Source of the DNA: Prasinococcaceae sp. CCMP 1430
Lineage: Eukaryota; Plantae; Prasinodermophyta
NCBI GenBank assembly: GCA_013416795.1
Contig: RQSC01000806.1
Span: 78,512 to 142,511 of the forward strand
Direction: 5' to 3'
Length of the DNA stretch: 64,000 bases
In this document: one piece after another, positions 31,127 to 41,740 of the stretch
How the letters are laid out: each line of letters begins with the position of its first letter
How positions within the stretch are numbered: the stretch's first letter is position 1
The notes under the pieces: model-generated
Database searches by the model: none
What the model saw: the letters and a program-made list of their open reading frames with translations, nothing else
What the model was told of the DNA's origin: nothing
Position numbers and translations under genes: made by a program

Positions 31127-34051
31127 TCACGCGTATCCCGCATCGCTCCCCTCCTGATCGGTTGCCTCCGCCGCGGCGACCCTGGCGGCGGCCTCCGCGT
31201 CCAGCTTAGACGCAGGCGCAGCCTTGCCTGCCCTTCTCCGACCGCTTGCTGCTGTCCTTTTCTCCGCCGCTGCTGCTGTCACTGTGGCCGCGGTCGCCGC
31301 GGCTGCGGCGGCTGCAGCAGCGGCGTCGGCCGCGCGCTCGTGGTCCCATTTCTCGCCCGGCGGCAGCTGCTTGACGAACTGGCCCCGGTAGCGCGGGCGC
31401 TGCACCGCGAGCCGCTGCCTGCTCGCGTAGCGAACCTTCTTCTCGAAGCAGCGCATCTTCTTCTTGCGCCTGTACTTGGCGAGCGCCGCTGCGCGCGCCT
31501 CCTTATCCATGCGCACTGGGAGCACCGTCCCGTCGGGGGCGGTCGCAGGAGGGGCGTGGTCAGACGAAGTCGCTCCCGCGCCCGCAACCCCAGCAGTGCT
31601 CGTGCCTGCGCCGGTACCGTCGGAAATGCCAGAGGGTCTCTGGATTCTCCACGCGCGACGCTCCTCCTCGGGTGTGCCGGCATCCGGTTCTGCAGCCGGC
31701 GCCGCCGGTGGGTCGGACATTGCGCGCGCGTCTGGGCCGGCTGTGTCCTGGAGTGAGCCTGAGGCGCAGCCGGACGCGCCCGCCCTTCCCGCTCCCGAGT
31801 GTGTCACCGCAGTTTTGGTCGGTGCCGGCGTGGCGCCGGGGTGGCTCTTTAGCGCCTTAGCACGGTTGCGCACGCCGCTCGGGCCCGAGCGCCCACGCTT
31901 GGTAGCCTCCGACCCGCCGCGCGCGCCGCCGACCGCAGCTAGCTGCTTGCCACCGCGGTCGAAGCGCTTCGCAGCGTCCCTCGCGGGGAGGGACTGCAGC
32001 GAAATCATCGACGACAGAGCGTTGGCGCCCATCGAAGAGGCGAGCGCGGCGGCGTGCATAGGCAATGTGCCGATAGGGTAGCCGTACGGCGCGCCCGGGG
32101 CGACCGGCATCACTGGGGGGAAGTTCGCAAGCCGGCGTGCGGCGTCGGCGATGGCCGCCTGGGCCGCTGCATCAATGGGAAGGCCCGCTGCACCGCCGCC
32201 GTTGCGACCGCTGTCGCCATTGCCGCTGCCACCGACCTCCTCTGCCTTGGTGGGGTCGCTCTTCGGATTCGACTGGTCGGCGTCGCCGCTCCTCAGGGCT
32301 CCCGGGCCGTCATTCGCCTGACCGGCGGCGCGCTTGGGCGACTGCGGCACCGGGCCGAACGCAGACAGCAAGCCTGAGCCGAGTTTGCGCTGCCTGTCCT
32401 TCGACGAAAGGAACGACAGCCGCCCGGGCGCGGGCCTGCCTGCGGCGCTGTCGAGCGCCTGAGACTGCGGCGTGCCTTCCTTCACCTCCCGCTCGTACAC
32501 GCTCTTGGCGCTCTTCGCTTTGGCGCCCTCGCTGCTATTCTTCTTGGTATCTTCTGTGGCCTTCGCAGCGGCGTCGGGCCCGTCTGGCTGGCCCTGCTGC
32601 TGCGCTTGCGGCGGGCGTTGCCCTTGGCCACGCCACTGCCAGACATGTGCACCGCCATGACCCGCCACCACTGCGGCCTCGGCGGCCTCGAGTGCCTGCG
32701 CGACCGTGACGTTCTTCCCTCCGCCCTCGCCGTCCATGGCGCGCGCCGCCGTGCCCATGCTCTTCGCGACGAGCTCGCCCGCGGTGGAGCCGTACATGAT
32801 CGCGCCGATGCTATGCGCCAGGCGCTTGACGTCCTCGGCCGTGGCGGCGGCCTCCACGGCAGCGGGGACGGCGTCGTCGCCGCCGGCAGCGTGTGCAGTC
32901 GCCGCGTTGTGCGTGTTTTGCTCGCCCGCCTTGGTACATAGGTTTCCGCTGCCCGCATTCGTGCCGTTTTCCGAGCCCGAGCCCGCCTGCTCGCCGCTGT
33001 GCCCTGCGCCGCTGCGGCTCTTGCCGTTGCTGCCGCCGCTGCCCACCGCGTCGCCGGCGGCGGCCTCCTCCTGCTCGCAGCGCCCGCACGCGCCAGCGTC
33101 ATTTGAGCCGTCGCTGCCGCCGCTGCCAGCATTTCCATCGCCCGCGCCGCCGTCGTGCGCACGCCCCGCGCCACCTCCGTCTGTGGCGGCGTCGCCCGCC
33201 GCCGGCCTGTTCTTGCGCTGCTGGCGCTGCTGGCGCCAGATGTGCTGCCAGAGGATGGTGAGCTCGTTGGTGCGCACGGGCTTCACCAGGTAGTCCGCCG
33301 CGCCCGCCTCGAGCGTGCGCATGACCGACGCGGGATCGTCGTCGTCGGACATGCAGATGAAGGGAATGCGCGGGAAGGGACCCTCGCGCACGGCCTTGAG
33401 CACGTCGAGGCAGCGCTCCGTTTGCTGCTCCTCGCTGCCGCTGCCGCTCTCTGTGAGGATGTTGCCGCTGCCGCTGCCCGCGTTGCTGCCGTTGTGGCTG
33501 ACGGGCCCACGCAGCTGGTCGCACAGCACCAGGTCAAAGGGCGCTTCCTGCGCGTCCTCGTCGTCGCCGGCCACCGTGGCCTCGAGCACCTTGATCGCCT
33601 CCGCCGCGGACTCCACTGCCGTGACGGTGTACCTGCACGCTTCGAGCATCTCCCCGGTGCGCCTGCGCGAGGCGGCGTCCTCCTCGACCAGCATGACGTG
33701 TAGCCGGCGCGTCTGGTCGGCCGAGGAGAGCGAGCGCGAGCGGGTGGCCTTCTCGGCGGCGCGCCTCCTCTTCCCCCCTTGTGACAGCTGCTGCCTCCCC
33801 TCGTCCGAGGGCGGCCTGCCCGACTGCTGCAGGGCGAGCTCGTGCTGGGGCGCCTGCTGCGGCGGCGGCTGCGCCGGCTGGGCCTCCTGCGCCTGCGCCT
33901 CCTTCGCCTCCCGTGGGCCCTGCGGCCCGTACTGTTTTCCTGTCCCCGCCTCTTCCGGGGTGGCGCGCCGCCCCGCGGCCGCGCCGCGCTCGCTGGCGTG
34001 CATGTGCTGCAGGTGCAGGATTTGCTGGCGCTCGCTGCGCCGCCTGGGCAT
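31127..34051 (-). CDS. TOC1/PRR-type clock protein: receiver domain plus CCT domain
   Basis: LHVMLVEED...FDLVLCD...IPFICMS...GAADYLVKPVRTNELTILWQHIWR; CCT RAAALAKYRRKKKMRCFEKKVRYASRQRLAVQRPRYRGQFVK. Confidence 0.9.
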   Translation of the reverse strand: MPRRRSERQQILHLQHMHASERGAAAGRRATPEEAGTGKQYGPQGPREAKEAQAQEAQPAQPPPQQAPQHELALQQSGRPPSDEGRQQLSQGGKRRRAAEKATRSRSLSSADQTRRLHVMLVEEDAASRRRTGEMLEACRYTVTAVESAAEAIKVLEATVAGDDEDAQEAPFDLVLCDQLRGPVSHNGSNAGSGSGNILTESGSGSEEQQTERCLDVLKAVREGPFPRIPFICMSDDDDPASVMRTLEAGAADYLVKPVRTNELTILWQHIWRQQRQQRKNRPAAGDAATDGGGAGRAHDGGAGDGNAGSGGSDGSNDAGACGRCEQEEAAAGDAVGSGGSNGKSRSGAGHSGEQAGSGSENGTNAGSGNLCTKAGEQNTHNAATAHAAGGDDAVPAAVEAAATAEDVKRLAHSIGAIMYGSTAGELVAKSMGTAARAMDGEGGGKNVTVAQALEAAEAAVVAGHGGAHVWQWRGQGQRPPQAQQQGQPDGPDAAAKATEDTKKNSSEGAKAKSAKSVYEREVKEGTPQSQALDSAAGRPAPGRLSFLSSKDRQRKLGSGLLSAFGPVPQSPKRAAGQANDGPGALRSGDADQSNPKSDPTKAEEVGGSGNGDSGRNGGGAAGLPIDAAAQAAIADAARRLANFPPVMPVAPGAPYGYPIGTLPMHAAALASSMGANALSSMISLQSLPARDAAKRFDRGGKQLAAVGGARGGSEATKRGRSGPSGVRNRAKALKSHPGATPAPTKTAVTHSGAGRAGASGCASGSLQDTAGPDARAMSDPPAAPAAEPDAGTPEEERRAWRIQRPSGISDGTGAGTSTAGVAGAGATSSDHAPPATAPDGTVLPVRMDKEARAAALAKYRRKKKMRCFEKKVRYASRQRLAVQRPRYRGQFVKQLPPGEKWDHERAADAAAAAAAAAATAATVTAAAAEKRTAASGRRRAGKAAPASKLDAEAAARVAAAEATDQEGSDAGYA

Positions 34052-35157
34052 GCCGCCCGCGCCGTCCCATCCGGCGAGCGCCGCNTACGCCTACGCCGAC
34101 GGCTACCATGTCAACGACCTTGGTAACGCCCACCCGCTCCCCTAAGCAAGCACAGCACCACACGCCCCTCATGCGCGCGCGCACCCCTGCGCACAGCGCC
34201 GCCCGCCGCCGCCTGCCGCGCGCTTTTCCCTCGGCGGCCGCGCGTCCTTCCGCTTCCCCCCGGATTCGCCGCCCTCCTTCCGCGAGACCGCCCGCCCCTA
34301 CCGAATCCGTCCCCACCTCTCCGCGTGGTGGCGCTTTCGCCGGGCAAAAACTCCGCGAAAAAAAAGACGCGCGCGGGCGCGCGCCGCCCCAGGCGCGCGC
34401 CCGCCCGCAGAGATATTTTCTGCAACTTTTACTTTTTGTTTTTACTTGATGCTCCCTTTTGCGCAGACACGCATGCACAGACGGGGAGACAGGCACGCGC
34501 CGTTCAACAAGAAGCAGCACGCCAGAGTCCAGCGGCGGGGGGCGGCAGCAACATCAAACTCACGCTGTATCACGGTGCCATCATCGTGCCATCATTTATT
34601 TCATGGGAATGCCCGCTGCTGCAGCCGCAACCGACCGAACCGACGAGGCTCCCGACCCACAGACCGAACCCGGAGACAGCCACAGCCAATCAGCCGACCG
34701 ACCGAGTGGGCGTGCGCGGTGATTCGTTTTTGTTGCGCCCACATCCTATTGGACCATTGCCGTTTTCGTCGCCGGCCGGTGCCGGAAGGAAGGGCGGGCC
34801 TTGTTTTGTCCATCGTTTTCGGGGGTTCGACGGCGACGTTTGGCGCGCGCGGCGCGCGCTCTTTTTTTTTCGGGCGCCGCCGCTGCGCGCGCGCGCGCGC
34901 GCGCGCTTTTCGCCTGGCGCGACAGGGCGGCGCGCTCGCGGNNNNNNNNNNNNNNNNNNNNNNNNNNNNNNNNNNNNNNNNNNNNNNNNNNNNNNNNNNN
35001 NNNNNNNNNNNNNNNNNNNNNNNNNNNNNNNNNNNNNNNNNNNNNNNNNNNNNNNNNNNNNNNNNNNNNNNNNNNNNNNNNNNNNNNNNNNNNCGCCGCG
35101 TTCGACGGGTCGGTGCGGGGGTGGTGCGGGGCGGGGCCGTGGGCGCCGCGACGCGAT

Positions 35158-36620
35158 ATGGCCGAGCTCGGCGCGCACTGCCACGGCAAGGGGCGCGTGC
35201 GCGTCGCGCGCCGCTGGCCGGCGGCGCGCTCGGGCACGGGCCGCGATGAGGTGAGTGGACGCGGGCGGCGCGCGAGCGCGGGCCTGGAGGCGGGGGGTAA
35301 GGGGGAGCGCCGGCGACCCCCAGCATTCGTTCGATGCGATGTGTGCGCCACGCCTCGTCACGCGCGCCTCGGAGTGCGCGCGGGCCACTGACGCGACCAG
35401 CCGCGGCGCACCGCGCCGCACCGCGCGCTGGCGCACGCAGGTGCGCGAGTGGAACGTGCAGGTGCTCCTCGAGAGCGACGCGAACAGAGTGAGCTACACG
35501 CGTGGCGACAACAGCCCGGTGGTGGCGACCGACTCGATCAAGAACTCCGTGTACGTGACCGCGAAGTCGCTCGTGACTCCGACCTCCGCCGAGGACTTCG
35601 CCGCGCTCGTCGCGGCGAGCCTGCTCAGCCGCTACCCACGCCACTCGCGCGTTGTTGCTGAGGTCAGCGAGGTGCCTTGGGTGCGCGCAAACGGCGGCGT
35701 CGCCGGTGACGTGCCGCACGACCACGGCTTTGTGAGCTGCGGCGCCGGCGGGGTGCGCACGGTCACCGCAGAGGCGCGGGCGCTCTCGCCCGCGATGGGA
35801 GAGGTGGAGCTCACGTCGGGCGTGCGCGAGCTGCGCGTGCTCAAGAGCACGCAGAGCGGCTGGGAGGGATTCGTCAGGGACGGGCTCACCATGCTGCCGC
35901 CCACGCGCGAGCGGATGCTCGCCTCGTCGGTCAGGTGGGTGCGCCGCGTGGCTGGCGTGCCGATGGGCGTGCGCGTAGGATGTGTGGGCGCAGGCGCTTT
36001 CAGGTGGAGGGTCCGGGAGACTGACGTGCGGCGCGCGAACGGCACGCGCGCTCGCCCAACCGCGCGCGCGCCTCGCAGGGCCACGTGGACGTACGCCGCC
36101 GGAGCTCGGCGCTTCGCGCGCGGCGCGGAGCTCCCGGTCATCTCCCCGGACGTGTCGGTGGGCTGCTATGAGCGCCTGGCCGGCGACGTCGTGCGCGCGC
36201 TCAAGGGCGCCTTTTACGGCCCCCCAAAGGGAGGCCACTACTCGCCGGGCGTGCAGGCGACGCTCTACGAGATGGGTGCCGCCGCGCTCGCCGCAACTCC
36301 TGCGCTGGCGAACATCACGCTCGCGATGCCCAACCTGCACTTCAATCCTTGCCGCATCGGCGCGCCCGTGAGCGTCGTCTTTGAGGTGAGCCGGCGAGCG
36401 CGCCTGGCGCCCCGGCCCGCCGCGCGTCCTTGCAGTCGCGGACGCGAGCATCCTGCCGCGCCTAAGTGTACCGCGGTGCGTGAAACCGTCCCGGACGGAC
36501 CGCTGACCGCCGGCGCGCGCCCCTGCTTCCCCCTCCCGGCAGGACGACATCTTCGTCCCGGTCGACGAGCCGCATGGCATGATCCAGGCGACCGTGCAGA
36601 GGCCTAGGGCGCGCATGTGA
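35158..36620 (+). CDS. UOX: Urate oxidase, peroxisomal (PTS1-like ARM*); introns 35251-35440, 35935-36078, 36387-36542
   Basis: HGKGRVRVAR, GDNSPVVATDSIKN, LRVLKSTQSGWEGF, YSPGVQATLY, MPNLHF, DEPHGMIQA. Confidence 0.93.
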
Positions 36621-37142
36621 GCGCCGCGGCGCTACGTTCGCGGCCGGCGCGCCGCGTCGAGGCGCGCTGGAGCGTTGCCGAGCAGCCCAGGGGGTTGCGA
36701 GGCGCGCGTTGTAGGCGGACTCGCGAGCCTCCCCCTCCCCCCCTCCCTGTACACAATTTGATGTAAAAATGATGCCATTGCGTCAACAGCCGCGGCCGCG
36801 CTGCCCCAAAAAAAAACGCGGCGAGTAAATTTGGAGGATGTCGTTCCGAGACTCATATTGATATGTGATAAGACCACATTTGCGGAATAAGCACTCATTT
36901 TCGTGGCGAGCGTCGTTTTCCAACAATGAGCGCGCGCTCGTCGCACGCTCGAGGCGGGGGAGGGGGCGCCACATGCCGCGCGCGCGCGGCACGCGGCGCG
37001 GGGGGGAGAGGGGGGGGCGTGCGCCCGCGTGTCGACGGCTTGAGCAGGACTGTGTGCCTGCCGCTTTCGCGGGGCTGTAGTGGTGCTGCCTGTTGCCATG
37101 GGGACGAGGCGTCCCGTGAAATGGAATCCGCTCGCGGCGTGC

Positions 37143-37684
37143 ATGCCAGAGCCTGGAAGCGAGTCTATCGCGGGCAACGCCGGCGCTCGGGCGGGCGGGC
37201 CAGGAGGGGCTACAGACGCGCCGCCTGGCGCTGAGAGCATGGCGCGCGTTCCCGACGACCCGACGGTGCCAGGGGAGCCCGCGCCGGGACCACGAACGGT
37301 GCGTGCTGCCAAGCTGCCACTCGCGAACGCGTGCCTCTCGCGCTGTCGTGCGCGCGTGCCGTGTCGCTGACGATGCGCACGCGCGCGCTGCTCTTGCCCG
37401 CGCGTGAGCAGCCCGAGTGGTGGCGTGCTGAGGCGCTGCGCCTAGAGAAGGAGCGCGAGGCGCTGCAGATCGAGCTTTCGCGGCGCGAGGAGGTTCTCAA
37501 CGACCTGTTGGCCGAGGACCGAAAAGATGGGGTCCGGCTCGTAGAGCTCGAGGCCGAAGTCAAGGCCATGGACGAAGAGCTCGCGCAACTTCGCCAGCGG
37601 CTTGAGCAGGCCTCGCTGGCTCAGTCAAGGCGCGAAGGGGCCGGCGGCTGGAGGAGGTGGTTAAGCGGAGGAGGGGCGGCGTGA
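37143..37684 (+). CDS. Small coiled-coil protein of unknown function; probable intron 37299-37411
   Basis: A phase-0 GT-AG intron with a CTGAC branch site joins a Pro/Gly/Ala exon to a heptad-rich exon. Confidence 0.5.
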
Positions 37685-37731
37685 ACGCTTCGCACACAAA
37701 AAATAATGCTGCCATCGTATTGTCGCGCGCA

Positions 37732-40608
37732 CTACGCCCTGTTGACGAACGCACGCAGGCGCTCCTCGAAGGTGGGCCCGAGGGCTGCGATGCGCTCCGC
37801 GAACGCGCCACTCCAGCGCGCGTACATCTCTTGGTCGAAGGGCGATATGCGGTCGACGAGCGCGCGCGCCTCGTCGGGCGACGGTGCCAGCGCCTCGTTC
37901 CCCGGACCCGCGAGGCCCGAAAAATTCACGGCCGGTGCGATCTCGCTGTGATCCCTCTGGACCGTCTCCTTTCTGCTGTTGGCCCTCTTGTATGCCACAT
38001 GCCTGAGCCCCGTCGCATCGGAGAGCAGCAGCATCGTGGCATCGAATTGCTCCGTCGTCCCAACAATGTCAAACAGTTCCAAGCCCTCGTTCAGAGCAGT
38101 GAGCATAGTGCGATCGGAGACCAAGGACGAGTTGGCCGCCTGCCGCGCGAGGTACAGTGGCGTTGTGCGTTCGCCCGTCGACTCGTCCACCTTGTATGCC
38201 TTTGCCCGCGACGGGAAGCCTACATTTGGGTCATGCAGCAGAGTCAGCGTCTGCAGGTTTGGTATTGCCCACTCGTGGAAGGCGCTGCCGTAGGCCAGCT
38301 CGTGCCTCGCGCCTGGAGCTTGATACTGCTGCACGAAGTGGTGGTAGTACGACACGTAGAACGCCCGTGGCTCGCGCACTATCGTCAGGAGCACCGTCTT
38401 GCACGCGGACCCGCTTCGCCTCTCGCGGTCGCGCAGCGCTGCGATGCGCGACAGGAACTTGTCGTCTGCTCGCATGGGCTGCGGCGGGTGCAACTCGACG
38501 AATACGCGCGGATGCGCTGATGGGTCTTTCTCGATGTCCGTCAGCAGCCGCGCCAGCGAACACCGGCGCTCGCCCTTGGCCAGCTTGTAAACCGTCCCGC
38601 CTTCCGTGGAGGCCCTCGTGCATGGCACGTCCTCGTGTACGTCGGCTGTGTTCATGGTGTTGGAACCCCAATAGACAACATCGTCCCACACCCCCAGTCG
38701 GCGGAACATATTGCGGACCGTCGTGCCACCCGTCTTCTCGACGTGATAAAAGAAGACTCGGACGCATTCGCTCGGAGCGGTGATGACTGACCCGGGCGGA
38801 GGCTCTTGCGGTGGCTGCTCCTTGCACGCCGAGGGCGGCACAGGCACCAGCGGGGGAGAAGCCAGCGAGGGCGACGGCCCTTCGGAGCGCCCGCTCGGTG
38901 CACCACCGTCCCGGCTGGCTGCATGCTCGGCGGACGGCCACCGTTCAAACTTGCGCTTTGCGCGCTCGCCAAGCACCTGAAGAAGCACGCCGACGGCGTC
39001 GTTATCGAACACGGCCGCGGCGGAGATGCGATCGCCGATGGCTTCGGTGCCGCGCGGCGTGTGGCCGCTGCGCGTCGCGCTCATTAACGGCTCCCGATAC
39101 AGGCTACTGTACAGAAGCTTCTCCCAGACGCGTGCTTTCGCCATTGCTGCTTGCATGCGCTCCACGTCGGAGCTGTCGAGTGCAGCCAAGCGCCCTGGCA
39201 GGTGCTCCACCTCGTCGAGTGCCGCGCTCAAAGAAAACTCTTCCCACGTGATTCCCCCGGGACCGGAGAGCGGGGGTTCAACGCGCCTGCCAGCGCGACC
39301 CCCGCCCACGAATACGGGGAGGCACCCAAACAGTGCTGCGTGCAGCAGTGTTGCCTCGTCGCCCCCGAAGGTTGTGCGAGGCACAACGCAGAAGACCGCT
39401 CGCCGCATCTCCTTCGCCATGTTTGCGCGCACCGGCCGCCTGCAGCTGCCGACAGTGGCCGATCCCGCCGCTCGCAGGGCCGCAATGCCGCCGACTGCGA
39501 CTGGCCCCGTGGCTCCGCCGCTGCGGCTGTCGCCGATGCCTGCGCGCGCCATCTCACCCTCGCGGTAGGTTCGCAGCAACTTGGCGCAGCACGCTGCCTG
39601 CTCGTGCTCGCGCGCCTCCTGGCAGTCCAGGTAATTGAGCACGCGCGCCCCCGGCATCGTGCGGAGACGATTCCACACGTGTGCGGCGCCCGTCGCGACC
39701 GCGTTTCCGTCCGCGCTGCCACCTGCGCCTCCCTCGTCCGCATCGCATATTTGCGTGCCCCTCATGACGCCTGCGTAGAACAGACGCGTGTCGCGGGCTG
39801 GACCTCGACTACCCCCCGCCTCCTCCCAGCCTGTCGGCCGCTGCTGTTCTGGAGTGTACGGAGACCAGAGCAGCAGTTCCTGTCGTGTGTAGCCGCCATC
39901 GTTAGGCAACAACGCCGGCGGCGTATCAAGCGGCGGGAGTGCTACGTCCTTGCCCGTCTGGAAGCACGCCCGGCAAGGGACGAGGCTGGCAGGCCCTGCG
40001 TATGTGCGCGGCTCGCCGCGCGCAGTCACCCCACCACCGCGAGCCGCCTCGGGGCCGTCGCGGAGGCCAGCGGGCGTGAGGTGCACCAGCGCGCGCGTGG
40101 GCGAGGCAGGGTCGTAGTGGGAATTCGACGATTCGAGCAAGTCGACGCCAGTATCCGAGATTGGCACACTGCCGCCAACGTCTCCCCGGGGGGTGTAGAG
40201 CACCAAGTGCCTCGCCTGCCCAGCCGCAGCCGTCCGGTTGAAGAATGGGTAACGTCCTCGGACGTAGTCGAGAGTCGCGGCTCTGGCACCGGGGTGGGCC
40301 AGGGCCGGCAGCGGCACGTACCAGTAGTCGGCCTCCTCGGGGTTGTCGACATGCGCCGCGTCCGATCGCAGCCGGGTCACGAGCGCCTCGCACTCGTGCG
40401 AGGCTGCGCAGTGCGTGTGCAACGCAGGCGGCAGCGAGTACACGTACACGCGAGCAGCCGCAGGTGCATCCCCTCCCGCGGCGGCCACCGCAGCCGCCGC
40501 AATCGAGACTATGGAGAGCGCCGCCATGAGCGGGAGCGGCGGAGGGGGCGACCGTCGCCGCCCGCATGGCCGCCGCGGCCACGGCAGCGCCGCTGCGCGC
40601 GGTGTCAT
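37732..40608 (-). CDS. Exostosin (GT47) glycosyltransferase fused to a C-terminal sulfotransferase domain; N-terminal hydrophobic anchor
   Basis: RVYVYSLP, VDNPEEADYWYVP, YVRGRYPFFNR, RLFYAG, MRRAVFCVVP, AALFGCLPV; then FFYHVEKTGGTT and LTIVREPRAFYVSYYHH PAPS-binding motifs. Confidence 0.8.
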   Translation of the reverse strand: MTPRAAALPWPRRPCGRRRSPPPPLPLMAALSIVSIAAAAVAAAGGDAPAAARVYVYSLPPALHTHCAASHECEALVTRLRSDAAHVDNPEEADYWYVPLPALAHPGARAATLDYVRGRYPFFNRTAAAGQARHLVLYTPRGDVGGSVPISDTGVDLLESSNSHYDPASPTRALVHLTPAGLRDGPEAARGGGVTARGEPRTYAGPASLVPCRACFQTGKDVALPPLDTPPALLPNDGGYTRQELLLWSPYTPEQQRPTGWEEAGGSRGPARDTRLFYAGVMRGTQICDADEGGAGGSADGNAVATGAAHVWNRLRTMPGARVLNYLDCQEAREHEQAACCAKLLRTYREGEMARAGIGDSRSGGATGPVAVGGIAALRAAGSATVGSCRRPVRANMAKEMRRAVFCVVPRTTFGGDEATLLHAALFGCLPVFVGGGRAGRRVEPPLSGPGGITWEEFSLSAALDEVEHLPGRLAALDSSDVERMQAAMAKARVWEKLLYSSLYREPLMSATRSGHTPRGTEAIGDRISAAAVFDNDAVGVLLQVLGERAKRKFERWPSAEHAASRDGGAPSGRSEGPSPSLASPPLVPVPPSACKEQPPQEPPPGSVITAPSECVRVFFYHVEKTGGTTVRNMFRRLGVWDDVVYWGSNTMNTADVHEDVPCTRASTEGGTVYKLAKGERRCSLARLLTDIEKDPSAHPRVFVELHPPQPMRADDKFLSRIAALRDRERRSGSACKTVLLTIVREPRAFYVSYYHHFVQQYQAPGARHELAYGSAFHEWAIPNLQTLTLLHDPNVGFPSRAKAYKVDESTGERTTPLYLARQAANSSLVSDRTMLTALNEGLELFDIVGTTEQFDATMLLLSDATGLRHVAYKRANSRKETVQRDHSEIAPAVNFSGLAGPGNEALAPSPDEARALVDRISPFDQEMYARWSGAFAERIAALGPTFEERLRAFVNRA

Positions 40609-40812
40609 CGCGCGTGCGGCGCGCGCGCGCTGGCGGGGCGCCCGCAGGGCCGCGTCCCCCCACCCCCTGGGTGTGCGCCGGGGAACGGCCGCCCTCTGAG
40701 AACGATCGCGTCTCGGGCGCTCGCGCGTGTGCACTAGTCTCCCGTGGCTTGATATGTTTGCATTTCGATTGCATACCTATTCGTCGCTGATCAGTCCGTA
40801 GACCGCAGAGGC

Positions 40813-41613
40813 ATGCCGCCATCGGAACCGGCGTTGCGCGGCGCGAACTCGTCACCGGCGGAAGTTTTTCCGGCGCGAAAGAAAAGAGGGAAGCGCCGCG
40901 CAGGGGAGGCGCGCGGCGGCGCCACAGCGTGCACGCTAGGTGCGGCAGGGGTGGCGCGTGGGACGAGCATCGAGGACGAGCGAGCCGCCTTGGGGATCGA
41001 GCCTCGCGGGAGAAGGGGCCACGCAGCGGGGCGGGCCTGGAGCCGCCGGCCGAGCGCTGTGCCGCCGTCGCGGCAGCCCGCGCAGCGCCGCCGTGTTGAG
41101 AGGGGCGCCGCAGTACACATTGTTGTCGCTCCATCCGCATTTGAAAAGTCGGCGCTGCTGAGGGAGATGGCTGCGGCTGTCGCCGACGAGAAGGCGGCTG
41201 TGCTGGCGCATGTTGAGGGCGCGTCGGGCAGCGGTGTGCCCACTGCGGTCGAGGTGGAGCCCCCGCCGTCTGACGCCGCCCATCCTGATCAGGGCCCTGC
41301 GGACAACGTCCCGTTCGGCCACGTGCAGGCCCCACGCGTGGACCTCGCCAGAGGCGAGACGCTCGTGTGCCCCGCGGGGAAGCCCAAATTCATCGGCGCC
41401 ACGCGTGGCAGGCACCCCATCCAGGTTTATTGCGAGGGCGGGTGCGGCTTTCGAGGCGAGGCGCGCATGGAGAAGCGCTGGGGCGGTGGGTCCTGGATGT
41501 GGAGCTTGATGACACTCGGGATCGGCGCGCCGTGGGGCAAGTGCGTTGCTGGCGACGTGGTGCACGTGTGTCCTCAGTGTGGGCGCGAGCTCGCGGTGAG
41601 CGCGATCTTTTAA
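40813..41613 (+). CDS. LITAF-like zinc-ribbon protein (start uncertain)
   Basis: PIQVYCEGGC, a hydrophobic stretch, then DVVHVCPQCGRELA. Confidence 0.7.
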   Translation: MPPSEPALRGANSSPAEVFPARKKRGKRRAGEARGGATACTLGAAGVARGTSIEDERAALGIEPRGRRGHAAGRAWSRRPSAVPPSRQPAQRRRVERGAAVHIVVAPSAFEKSALLREMAAAVADEKAAVLAHVEGASGSGVPTAVEVEPPPSDAAHPDQGPADNVPFGHVQAPRVDLARGETLVCPAGKPKFIGATRGRHPIQVYCEGGCGFRGEARMEKRWGGGSWMWSLMTLGIGAPWGKCVAGDVVHVCPQCGRELAVSAIF

Positions 41614-41740
41614 ATGAGCGCGTGCCAGCTGTGCGTGGTACGAGGAGTGAGCGAGACGGAGTCTCGAGCCGAGAGAGGAGACCGGAGGCGCTACGGTGTC
41701 AATGGGGACCGACGGGGACCGTTTGGTGCGTATTCACTTT

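Noticed and set aside
34086-34130. Short peptide YAYADGYHVNDLGNAH resembling an SGNH hydrolase block V motif
   Set aside because: Only ~15 codons adjacent to an N join; probably a stray foreign read, consistent with the chimaera explanation for the Lon fragment.
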